This document shows, in pieces, positions 31,581 to 39,887 of a DNA stretch of 57,272 nucleotides. Position numbers and translations under genes: made by a program. The notes under the pieces are model-generated. The model was not told where the DNA came from. It did not search any database and saw only the letters and a list, made by a program, of their open reading frames with translations. Position 1 is the stretch's first letter; each line of letters opens with the position of its first letter. Location: the IMG/VR virus record IMGVR_UViG_3300030372_004705, positions 1 to 57,272 of that record; one strand, 5' to 3'. The stretch is from a virus (Duplodnaviria; Caudoviricetes).

Positions 31581-31937
31581 TTACTCTCCTATTATTTTTG
31601 TGAAATTATCAAATTCTATTACTGCATATACTTTAGATCTATTCCTTTTAATGATTAAAACTGGCATCCTATCTTCACAATTAGACTCACATTGTTCTAA
31701 TGATTTCCAAAGATTTAATCTTTCTGTATTCTTACATTCAAAACTATATGGTATTAATTTTTTAGCTGCAGGAGATAGTATTATATCTTCACCTCCCATT
31801 CCCATAGTTTGTGATTTTATATCATCATATTCTAATGTAGGTATCTTAGTCCATAGATCAATAAATATTTTTCTTAATTTATCTCTTACTAGATTCTGCA
31901 AGTTCCTTCCTTTTGCTTTTGCGCTTTTTATTTTCAT
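31581..31937 (-). CDS. PD-(D/E)XK nuclease, putative Holliday junction resolvase
   Basis: SAKAKGR..Q, GEDI, SFECKN motifs. Confidence 0.8.
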   Translation of the reverse strand: MKIKSAKAKGRNLQNLVRDKLRKIFIDLWTKIPTLEYDDIKSQTMGMGGEDIILSPAAKKLIPYSFECKNTERLNLWKSLEQCESNCEDRMPVLIIKRNRSKVYAVIEFDNFTKIIGE

Positions 31938-32130
31938 ATTGTTCCCTTATCCTTAGTTTAGTTAATGCATCCCATCTGTTTTCATGAGATGTTGGACTAT
32001 AAGCCCATTCAATACTACCTTTTATTTCTCCTGGTGGTATTATTTCTTCCATATGATCATCATAAGAAGTACCACATTTATCACATACAAACCATATATT
32101 ATCTGGATTTAACGATTTTTTTCCTTGCAT
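31879..32130 (-). CDS. Hypothetical protein with CxxC
   Basis: 83-aa ORF with GGAG SD; CDKCG. Confidence 0.55.
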   Translation of the reverse strand: MQGKKSLNPDNIWFVCDKCGTSYDDHMEEIIPPGEIKGSIEWAYSPTSHENRWDALTKLRIREQYENKKRKSKRKELAESSKR

Positions 32131-32302
32131 CTAAAATCTCCTTCTGATATTGTTGAAAATCTTTAACATCATCTTTAAATTCTATATATTGTTTTAAAGA
32201 GTTAGTTAAATTATCCATCATTTCACATAAAGTATTATTAACATGTGTTAACATTTCTACTTTTGCAACAATTTCTTTATTTGTTGGCTTCTTCTTTTCC
32301 AT
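32099..32302 (-). CDS. Hypothetical helical protein
   Basis: 67-aa ORF, ATGA-type overlap in operon. Confidence 0.6.
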   Translation of the reverse strand: MEKKKPTNKEIVAKVEMLTHVNNTLCEMMDNLTNSLKQYIEFKDDVKDFQQYQKEILDARKKIVKSR

Positions 32303-32463
32303 GATTTTTTACCTACTTCCCTTTCTGCACATTTAGCGCATATTCTTAATTTATCTTTAGTGATAAAGCCAATCCATAAATATCTATCAGTATATTTTAT
32401 ATCATGGCACATACCACATTCTTCATTTACCTTACCTAAATATTTAATTACTCCAAATATCAA
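32257..32463 (-). CDS. Small Zn-finger protein
   Basis: CGMC and CAKC pairs. Confidence 0.55.
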   Translation of the reverse strand: MIFGVIKYLGKVNEECGMCHDIKYTDRYLWIGFITKDKLRICAKCAEREVGKKSWKRRSQQIKKLLQK

Positions 32464-32630
32464 AGACCAAGACCTTCTAATCTTTTATGTAATTTCTTTT
32501 TATCTTCATCAGGTAAGTTGTCAAAATATTCCATAAATATATCATAAGCATGTCTATAAGGTATTAATGATAATACAGTATTTTCATCATCTTGATTATA
32601 TCTTTCGAATAATTGTTTTGAATAGCTCAT
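32460..32630 (-). CDS. Hypothetical protein
   Basis: AAGGAG SD before ATG 32630 (MSYSKQ...). Confidence 0.6.
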   Translation of the reverse strand: MSYSKQLFERYNQDDENTVLSLIPYRHAYDIFMEYFDNLPDEDKKKLHKRLEGLGL

Positions 32631-32788
32631 TTTACTGGCTCCTTTCCTTGTAATTTGCATTGATATAAATATCTTTGACGTTTATGTACATTCCAAGGTG
32701 TGAAATGAGTATAATCATCATTTTTAGGATTTCTCCCTAATTTTAAATCAGTTCTTGTTATAAAATCTATATATTCAGTTAATCTCAT
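32627..32788 (-). CDS. 53-aa hypothetical protein (not in ORF track)
   Basis: MRLTEYIDFITRTDLKLGRNPK...; ATGA overlaps at both ends. Confidence 0.6.
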   Translation of the reverse strand: MRLTEYIDFITRTDLKLGRNPKNDDYTHFTPWNVHKRQRYLYQCKLQGKEPVK

Positions 32789-32904
32789 TTTCTATCCTTA
32801 TATTTAAACATTACAGTTCCATGATAGTCTGTCATAAATTTCTTATAACGTTTTTTGAGTTTTTCTTTCTTTTTTTGTCTTTCATTCCATATACGCCAAT
32901 CCAT
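32785..32904 (-). CDS. 39-aa basic protein (not in ORF track)
   Basis: AAGGAG SD; MDWRIWNERQKKKEKLKKRYKKF... Confidence 0.55.
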   Translation of the reverse strand: MDWRIWNERQKKKEKLKKRYKKFMTDYHGTVMFKYKDRK

Positions 32905-32916
32905 AATTCTCCTTTC

Positions 32917-32997
32917 AATAAAAGAGAGCATCCCCAAACCAACCGTTGGCCTAGACCGCAGTTTTTCGCGATGTGATGATACTGGCTCTCTTTTATT
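32917..32997 (-). ncRNA. Intergenic three-way-junction RNA structure
   Basis: Perfect 13-bp closing stem; two inner hairpins that need G-U pairs available only on the minus strand. Confidence 0.55.
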
Positions 32998-33023
32998 AGC
33001 ACTATTTCTAAACTACTCTACGA

Positions 33024-33302
33024 CTAAGCAAAAGTGACTGGTGTCACAAGTCTACCAGTTATCCGACACTTTCTCTTAGTACATTCTTCGATACTACCAT
33101 CTTTTTTAAGATCATTAACTCTACCAGATACAGCATTTATTTCAAATCCTGTCTGCCTAACAATCTCTTTTAATGACATACCAAAGTCTTTATCTGAATT
33201 AGGTATCATACTAATAACAAATAGTATAGTATCTTTTTGTGATCGTACTTTACCTTCTTCATTTAACTCTTTATATGCTTTTCTTGATGTTACTCTGCTC
33301 AT
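33024..33302 (-). CDS. Winged-helix DNA-binding protein
   Basis: MSLKEIVRQTGFEINAVSGRVNDLKKDGSIEE HTH-plus-wing pattern. Confidence 0.75.
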   Translation of the reverse strand: MSRVTSRKAYKELNEEGKVRSQKDTILFVISMIPNSDKDFGMSLKEIVRQTGFEINAVSGRVNDLKKDGSIEECTKRKCRITGRLVTPVTFA

Positions 33303-33603
33303 TTTTCTCCTCTATCATTCCCCATAATATACATAAATATACTATGGCATCAGTTAATCTACCTGTTACATTTTCTCTTTGAGATTTATGTCCCTTAAGA
33401 TAAGATGCTATTCCATCTATATGCTTCATAAGATATATCCACAGGACCATCTCCCTATCAAATCCTGTTTGGTTTGCTATTCTTTCAAAATTTGCAAACA
33501 CATTATCTTCAGTCATAGCATATTCTTTTTGACCTTCAGTATGCATTTGTTCAACTTTAGTAAAGATACTGTCAATCATTACTAACATTTCATTATGCTT
33601 CAT
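33271..33603 (-). CDS. All-alpha nucleotide pyrophosphohydrolase-like protein (MazG / dATP-dGTP diphosphohydrolase-like)
   Basis: KEYA..DNVFANF, KH.D, E....RLTDAIVY motifs. Confidence 0.6.
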   Translation of the reverse strand: MKHNEMLVMIDSIFTKVEQMHTEGQKEYAMTEDNVFANFERIANQTGFDREMVLWIYLMKHIDGIASYLKGHKSQRENVTGRLTDAIVYLCILWGMIEEKNEQSNIKKSI

Positions 33604-35351
33604 TATTCTATCCTCACATTATTTACATTTAACCTAACATTAAGAAACTCTTTCTCTCTATTTTTATCACTTTTGACATCTATCATTTCAATTAGATTAG
33701 TTTCTTTATTTCGATAAGGAGTTAATGATAATAATTTGTTAGCATTATAAGCTACTCTAAATGATCCTCTAGAAGATGATATATCCATACCTTCTTTAAA
33801 GGCTGATTTACTTATTTCACTTACAGCAAATACAACTACGTTATATTTAACTGCTAATTCCATAAGGGCTTGAGAAGCTTCTTCGACTTTCATATTATTA
33901 TCTTGTCTTTTACTCTTAAATAAACCCATATGATCAACTACTACAAGTTCAGGTTTGTTTTCCATCATAGATATTTTCTTTTCTATATCATTAGGATAAG
34001 GAGAAGAATAATCTACAGTAAGATACTTAAACTTATTTTCTTGACCATTTTGTAATTGACTATAATGTTGCTCTAATTCTTCATGAGTCCATTTGTTTTC
34101 TATCATTACAAATCTAGACCATATTTGTCTTGGAGACATTTCCATCTCAATAAAATATGTTGGTTTCTTTAATGCAACTATCCAATTTTGTAATAACATT
34201 GTCTTCATACTAGCAGGTGGAGCTTGTATAATAACTACTTCACCTGGATAGATTGGAAAGTCTTGTCCATATAAATGTCCTATATTAATAGGGTCATGAT
34301 CTTTAGCATAGAATTCAATAAGTTCTTTTTCCATAGCAGAAGCGCTCATAACAGTTTCTGTTCTTAAACTTTTTCTACCTCTATGTAATTTACATGTACT
34401 ATCACAATAGAATTTTATTATAGGGTCGTCCCATCCATAAGTATATCCTTGTCCACCATGTCCTGTATAACATCCTTTAATAATATTAATCATTTCTTCT
34501 TCTTTAAATGGATGCTCTACACTTACTTTCTGTCTCCAGTTTTCCATGATCATATATACAATATCTTCAGGAAATCTCCACCTTAGATATGACGCTATTC
34601 TTAATGCAACCATATGTCTTTTACCTCTTGGAGCTCCTTCCATCATTTTTTGTATGCAAGTATGATGCGTATTATCTGTAATTACTTGTGCTTTGATAGG
34701 TTTATTGTTTTCTTCTTCAACCATAACATTAAACACAGATTTACATTTTCTATCTAAAGGATCTACACTTTGTGGTTCTTTTGCAAATTCATTGATAAAA
34801 GATTCAAAATTTTCTTTACTACAATTTATCATTTTATCAATATATTCATCTGGAATTTGTACTTTATATAGTCCCGATTTACTATTTCTAGTATTATTTA
34901 CTCTTATAATTCTAGTTTTATCAGTAACAGAAGGATCAGCATAGTTAAATATACCTTTATTGTTCAGTTCTTTCTTTACTGATATATGTAAATCTTTATG
35001 TGGCTTCCATTGAAAAGCATTATCAGGTATTCCAACATGAAATCCAGTACCACTAAAGAAAATTCTACTGGGAACATTTAGTTGTTTAAGTAGTATAAGT
35101 AATCCTGATAATTTATCTCTAGCTTCCAAACTATTTTCTCCATCTACATCTAATAAAAACTCTTCAGGTATATATATCTTACCATCAAAACCTGACAAGG
35201 ATTTATTATCACTATAATAACCTTTTACATAATCATCATAATTATATAGAGAACAGAATGTATCATTCTCTATTCCTTCCCACTGCTCTATATCTTCAGC
35301 ATCTTGAAAATGATGTCTATTAGATATTCCGAACGCGAATTCTTTAATCAT
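33603..35351 (-). CDS. AEP primase(-polymerase) fused to SF4/DnaB-like helicase
   Basis: LLDVD, FSGTGFH, D..RIIRV.NT.N.KSGLYK (AEP); helical PriCT-like region; APPASMKT Walker A-like, EME, VVVDH Walker B. Confidence 0.82.
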   Translation of the reverse strand: MIKEFAFGISNRHHFQDAEDIEQWEGIENDTFCSLYNYDDYVKGYYSDNKSLSGFDGKIYIPEEFLLDVDGENSLEARDKLSGLLILLKQLNVPSRIFFSGTGFHVGIPDNAFQWKPHKDLHISVKKELNNKGIFNYADPSVTDKTRIIRVNNTRNSKSGLYKVQIPDEYIDKMINCSKENFESFINEFAKEPQSVDPLDRKCKSVFNVMVEEENNKPIKAQVITDNTHHTCIQKMMEGAPRGKRHMVALRIASYLRWRFPEDIVYMIMENWRQKVSVEHPFKEEEMINIIKGCYTGHGGQGYTYGWDDPIIKFYCDSTCKLHRGRKSLRTETVMSASAMEKELIEFYAKDHDPINIGHLYGQDFPIYPGEVVIIQAPPASMKTMLLQNWIVALKKPTYFIEMEMSPRQIWSRFVMIENKWTHEELEQHYSQLQNGQENKFKYLTVDYSSPYPNDIEKKISMMENKPELVVVDHMGLFKSKRQDNNMKVEEASQALMELAVKYNVVVFAVSEISKSAFKEGMDISSSRGSFRVAYNANKLLSLTPYRNKETNLIEMIDVKSDKNREKEFLNVRLNVNNVRIE

Positions 35352-35369
35352 ATCATCTCCTTATATTAT

Positions 35370-35437
35370 ATAGGGGGCACTCACATATTCCTTTGCCTAG
35401 CTCCAGGACTTATAGGACCAGTTGTTGCACCCCCTAT
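35370..35437 (-). ncRNA. Intergenic structured RNA upstream of primase-helicase
   Basis: 11-bp closing stem with 2 G-U pairs; inner UCCU/AGGA and CCUG/UAGG stems. Confidence 0.5.
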
Positions 35438-35449
35438 TACTTTAACTAA

Positions 35450-36007
35450 TTAAAACGGTATTTCATCAGTTGATGATGTACTTGTTTCATTAGTTTCAGA
35501 GGATACAATTTGAGTATCGTTCCCTGTGTCTTGTGTTAACTTTGGTAAAACATAATCATTATAATATTTCTCTGCTTTACCTTTCCAATATACTACATCT
35601 TCACTTCTAAATGATTCAGCAGCATTTTCAAACGTAGTTGGTGCAAATTGCTTAAGTATTCTACTATATTTACCATCTTTATAGAAATAAGCATTAACTG
35701 TTTTTCCAGCTAAATGTACTGGATTATCGTCCATTTTTATCACCATTTTACCATTTGTTCCATCTAATGCACCAGTTATGCCAGCATTAGCGAATCTAAA
35801 TACTTGACCAATTGCAAATTCTTCACCATTACTTCCTTTTTTAGCATAGATTCTTGCATTAAGATTTTCTGGATAACCTTCAAACCACACATCAAGATAT
35901 TGATCTTCTTGAAATACTCCGTATGCAGCTCTAGATATTGTTACTGTTTTCCATCCTGGATCATAATCAGTACCACCACCTTTATTTATTGTCATTGTTC
36001 TAGCCAT
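35450..36007 (-). CDS. Putative single-stranded DNA-binding protein
   Basis: Acidic tail ending DEIPF; between ERF and primase. Confidence 0.7.
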   Translation of the reverse strand: MARTMTINKGGGTDYDPGWKTVTISRAAYGVFQEDQYLDVWFEGYPENLNARIYAKKGSNGEEFAIGQVFRFANAGITGALDGTNGKMVIKMDDNPVHLAGKTVNAYFYKDGKYSRILKQFAPTTFENAAESFRSEDVVYWKGKAEKYYNDYVLPKLTQDTGNDTQIVSSETNETSTSSTDEIPF

Positions 36008-36491
36008 TAGTTACTCCTTTATTTATAACTTTAGTTGAAATTGAATTACCATCATCATCTGTTTGAGCTATGCCTACCATAGCAGATAAAGCAAATCTTC
36101 TTGCATAAGTACACGTTGCTCCTACTCCTTGTGCATCTTTTTTTGTAATAGGCATTTTTAGTTTAGATTTAATCCATTGTCCTGATTCGTGTAATAACAT
36201 AGTAGTTACATAAAAACTACCTTTATCACAAGTATCATTTCCCTGTATTATTGATAAACCATTTTTAGTCAATTGCGGAAAGCATGATTTAATTACAGTA
36301 TCTAAATCAGCATAATTTGATTTAAAGAATGGATTAACACTGCTTGCTACAGCACCTCTTATTTCAGATTGTGCTTTAGACAAAGCTGCTGCTAATTTAT
36401 CTATTTTATTAGATTTCCATTCTTCTTTTCTACGATCATCAAATACCGTAGAGGGGACAGAAATCCCCACAGGTTCTTTAAGTTCTTCCAT
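36000..36491 (-). CDS. erf: ERF-family single-strand annealing recombinase
   Basis: ALSKAQ, NPFFKSNYADL, LLHESGQW, QGVGATCTYARRFAL...DDDGN. Confidence 0.92.
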   Translation of the reverse strand: MEELKEPVGISVPSTVFDDRRKEEWKSNKIDKLAAALSKAQSEIRGAVASSVNPFFKSNYADLDTVIKSCFPQLTKNGLSIIQGNDTCDKGSFYVTTMLLHESGQWIKSKLKMPITKKDAQGVGATCTYARRFALSAMVGIAQTDDDGNSISTKVINKGVTNG

Positions 36492-36538
36492 GAATCCTCC
36501 GTGTTTATTTATTTATTTTACGCCCTAGATGGGGTTAT

Positions 36539-36567
36539 AATATACTGATATTATATCTATTTTGCAA
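36539..36567 (-). promoter_or_regulatory. Sigma70-like promoter for replication genes
   Basis: TTGCAA-N17-TATATT upstream of erf. Confidence 0.55.
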
Positions 36568-37219
36568 GTATCATTGTAGGGAAATTGAATGAGAATTTTC
36601 TTTCATAAGGCTGGTTAGTAATGATTTTTCTAACAGCATTACATATAAAACTTCCACTCATATTACTACAATAGCTTGTTGCTTTCATCGTACAGGGTTC
36701 AGGATCAGAATCACTATCTGGGTACCAACTTTTAAGATATTCTTTTAATGTTGGTTTAGGCAATATATATTGCTGGTAGTGTTCTGCACCCATTCTTCCG
36801 TCAATTACAGCAAATGGTTTAAATTTATGATTAGTTATATTAGTTATAGCTGCAAGTCTTGATGCCATATTATCAAAACCTAATATTACTATATCATTAT
36901 GCTGACTCATAGGTTGATAGTCATTATCTTCTGGAAAATTACCGAAATATATATCAACGGTTTTCTTGTTTCCTGTGATATTTATAATATGATGATACAA
37001 ACAATCAACTTTATTTTTTCCGACATCTTTTATATTATATTGACTTACACCTATATTTGGTTGCTCTACTTTATCACCATCATATAAAGCAAAGTTTTCT
37101 GCTCCCATTCTAGCCAACTGTATGGCTGCAGAGCTACCAATAGCCCCGCAACCAAGTATGTGGTAGAAATAGTCATTCATATTATTTACTATGTCACTAT
37201 ATCTACTAGTTCTTTCCAT
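36557..37219 (-). CDS. ThiF/MoeB/E1-like ubiquitin-like-protein activating enzyme
   Basis: ILGCGAIGS, D.D.VE..N...Q, G..KV, GFDN...R, IDGRMG, candidate catalytic Cys in EPCT; GGAGG SD before ATG 37219. Confidence 0.9.
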   Translation of the reverse strand: MERTSRYSDIVNNMNDYFYHILGCGAIGSSAAIQLARMGAENFALYDGDKVEQPNIGVSQYNIKDVGKNKVDCLYHHIINITGNKKTVDIYFGNFPEDNDYQPMSQHNDIVILGFDNMASRLAAITNITNHKFKPFAVIDGRMGAEHYQQYILPKPTLKEYLKSWYPDSDSDPEPCTMKATSYCSNMSGSFICNAVRKIITNQPYERKFSFNFPTMILAK

Positions 37220-38144
37220 TGTTACCTCCCCATACATCGTTATGTATATAAGATCTATTATATTGTTCTAGATCCATATATGCTTCACTAGGATCAAGAT
37301 CTTCATACCCAACATCACATATAACTAATTCCCATGCATGTACATGTAATAAATCTTCAAATGTACCTTGAGGTATTAATTCTACTTCTAGAGGTAATTT
37401 AGCTTTCTTGATTCTTCTATTAAGATCATTTATTTGATTAGCATATTTTGCATATCCATATTCACCAGCTATAAATGCTGTGTTTAATGAATCAACTTTT
37501 TCAATTATTTGACTCCATGCTTGAGAAATAAATGAACGTTCTCTATCTTTTTCACTTAATTCACCTTTTAGTAAGCTAGTTTGAGTAACTGTTCCATTTT
37601 TATTCCATCTAGTTCCAGAGTTATACCATGTACTTTTAGGTTGAGTACACATTTCAGCACACTCTCTTTGAATAGATTTAGGCACTTTATATTTAGTATC
37701 ATTATCTAAGATATTTAATTCTATATCAGTATGCATGACAAATGGTTTCCATACAGATACTCTGCATTTATATTCTTCTTTAACATTTACTACTAATGCA
37801 AAACTAAGATCACCATCTTCATACTCATCTATAGTATTTATATCAGTACCACTCCAGAATGCTCCCATTTCAGCATGTGAATGCCACCAGCAGAATCTCA
37901 TATTATTTTGCTTATATTTAATAGCCATTTTACTATAATATGCTGCTAACTCTGTTTTATCTAATTCACATAATGCTGCTGATACTTCCTGCTTCATAAT
38001 AACTGGATCCTTAATAGTCCAGTCACCATCTTCATCTTGTATTGTTACTGCCATACCACCTATTTCAGTACTCCATGTATCTGAAGCACATCTTGCATAG
38101 TTGATAATTTTATTCCAATCCTTATTACTAATACATACTTCCAT
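37206..38144 (-). CDS. JAB/MPN+ metallo-isopeptidase
   Basis: N-terminal E (TEIGG) and HSHAEMGAFWSGTD (HxH-x7-S-x2-D). Confidence 0.9.
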   Translation of the reverse strand: MEVCISNKDWNKIINYARCASDTWSTEIGGMAVTIQDEDGDWTIKDPVIMKQEVSAALCELDKTELAAYYSKMAIKYKQNNMRFCWWHSHAEMGAFWSGTDINTIDEYEDGDLSFALVVNVKEEYKCRVSVWKPFVMHTDIELNILDNDTKYKVPKSIQRECAEMCTQPKSTWYNSGTRWNKNGTVTQTSLLKGELSEKDRERSFISQAWSQIIEKVDSLNTAFIAGEYGYAKYANQINDLNRRIKKAKLPLEVELIPQGTFEDLLHVHAWELVICDVGYEDLDPSEAYMDLEQYNRSYIHNDVWGGNNGKN

Positions 38145-39406
38145 TATTGTGTCCTCCTTGCTGCGTTAATAGTTGCTTGTTCTAATGCTCTACGTTCTAC
38201 ATCTTCTTTACTTAGTGTTTTACTTATTGCTTTATATCCTGTGCATGTATCTTTTAATGTACAAAATCTAGCACAATAAGACATTTCTTTGATATATTCT
38301 TCTTCATCATTTTCTAGATTTTCCCAATATCCACAATTTTCAGATGATTTACGAGGTACTATATCATGATATTCATCAGCTTCTTTTAAGAAAGAGGGTT
38401 GTCCATGATAAGTATATTCAATTCTGTTTAATGGTCCTGTTCTAGTATCATAATGTGTCATTATTCTATCAAAGAATACTCCCAATGATATAAAATCCAT
38501 AGATTGAATACATCCTTTTACTTCATCTTCTAAATTACCTACACATATATATTTAAAATCAGGGGTATAATGTCCGTGATTATAACTAGATTGAGTTCTA
38601 GATATATATGGGTGATGTAAACCTTCATGTGTTTCATAATTTCCACCAATATCATAAAACCATTTCCTACTATTATATCTTCTATTAACTATATTAGCAG
38701 GAGAGAAATGATTAATATTCATACGTGCTCTTATTAATTCATTAATAATCTTACTAAGTGACATTTGAACTGTTATATGTCCTTCACCTGGTAATAATAT
38801 TGAAGCCATAGATTCTGGGTTCTGAAAATGTCTATAATTAATAGTAATATCATCGTATCGATATAATACATTAATATAATAATCAAGTAATACTTGAGTA
38901 TCATCATGTATAGATTCTTCAACATATACTATAAATTTTCCATTACATGCTTGAAATTGTGATATGAGATGATTTTTAATTATTTCCCAAGCTTCTACTG
39001 CATCATCAGTATTATCTTGTTGTACTAATCCTCTTTGTCTGAAATCCACTAATATCTCTTCTATAGTTTCTATATTATTTAATATAGTTCTATATCTCCA
39101 ATTACCACCATCTTTAGCTCTTGATATAACCTTAGTTAATGAATTAGCTTTCTTATGCATTTCAGATTGATGCCACATTATATCTTTTATAGTATCATAA
39201 GCTCCTGGCTTCCAATAAAACTTTTTAGTAATACCAAGAGGCTTTGTTGGAGCTTGTAGATTATAATATCTATTTGTATGGTTAGGTCCTTGTACATAAG
39301 TATGATTAAACTCTTCTATTAACTCTATTACGTTTGCTTGCGGCCCAATATTAATATTTTCTACTAATTGTCTAATATCGGGTGTATAATTCACTATATT
39401 TTCCAT
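38144..39406 (-). CDS. Putative prokaryotic E2-like conjugating protein
   Basis: HPYIS...ICVGN motif (HP..C of UBC/E2 fold); C-terminal Cys cluster; lies between Ubl and JAB genes. Confidence 0.65.
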   Translation of the reverse strand: MENIVNYTPDIRQLVENINIGPQANVIELIEEFNHTYVQGPNHTNRYYNLQAPTKPLGITKKFYWKPGAYDTIKDIMWHQSEMHKKANSLTKVISRAKDGGNWRYRTILNNIETIEEILVDFRQRGLVQQDNTDDAVEAWEIIKNHLISQFQACNGKFIVYVEESIHDDTQVLLDYYINVLYRYDDITINYRHFQNPESMASILLPGEGHITVQMSLSKIINELIRARMNINHFSPANIVNRRYNSRKWFYDIGGNYETHEGLHHPYISRTQSSYNHGHYTPDFKYICVGNLEDEVKGCIQSMDFISLGVFFDRIMTHYDTRTGPLNRIEYTYHGQPSFLKEADEYHDIVPRKSSENCGYWENLENDEEEYIKEMSYCARFCTLKDTCTGYKAISKTLSKEDVERRALEQATINAARRTQ

Positions 39407-39425
39407 TGTATCTCCTTAAATTAAA

Positions 39426-39473
39426 GATAGGAGAGACAGTGTTACCTATAATTGCATCTCTATCTCCCCCATC
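39426..39473 (-). other. 14-bp RNA hairpin between Ubl and E2-like genes
   Basis: GAUGGGGGAGAUAG / CUGUCUCUCCUAUC with 3 G-U pairs. Confidence 0.65.
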
Positions 39474-39490
39474 CCTGTGTTTACACTAAA

Positions 39491-39703
39491 CTAGCAGCCA
39501 CCAGATTTATTATTCTGTACAGCTGCCACTACGGAACCATCGGTTAATTCATGAGTATCCGCTACATTAGTACCATCAACCGCAATATCTGCAGTCGAGC
39601 TAATATCTAGTTCGTTTCTTAATTGCCCAACAGTTCCTGAAGTTACTTCTTTATCAACAAAACCACCACCTGCCAACCATCTTATTGTTCTTGTAGTTGC
39701 CAT
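39491..39703 (-). CDS. Ubiquitin-like (ThiS/MoaD beta-grasp) protein ending GG-C
   Basis: 70 aa; TVGQLR..L, IAVDG, LTDGSVV, NKSGGC; AAGGAGG SD. Confidence 0.85.
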   Translation of the reverse strand: MATTRTIRWLAGGGFVDKEVTSGTVGQLRNELDISSTADIAVDGTNVADTHELTDGSVVAAVQNNKSGGC

Positions 39704-39731
39704 TTTGGCCTCCTTTTCATATTATAGTTAA

Positions 39732-39887
39732 CTATTTCCAACTATTTAGCTTATCCACATAGCAATCTTCTGCTATATCAGCTAATTTTTCAATTTCAAG
39801 ATTATTATGCTTGGTATCTTTAAATTTCATTGTATATTTCTTTATAGTACCATGTTTATCTAATCTAATTACTTTTACTTTTAGCAT
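39732..39887 (-). CDS. 51-aa hypothetical protein (not in ORF track)
   Basis: GGAGG SD; MLKVKVIRLDKHGTIKKY... Confidence 0.55.
   Translation of the reverse strand: MLKVKVIRLDKHGTIKKYTMKFKDTKHNNLEIEKLADIAEDCYVDKLNSWK

Noticed and set aside
35370-35437. Twister ribozyme
   Set aside because: Only partial resemblance; the UAA cleavage loop and both pseudoknots could not be assigned
36557-39703. Thiamine/molybdopterin auxiliary metabolic genes (thiF/thiS)
   Set aside because: No thiG, moaE or cysteine desulfurase; the E1 lacks the paired CxxC Zn motifs of ThiF/MoeB; the intervening E2-like gene points to conjugation
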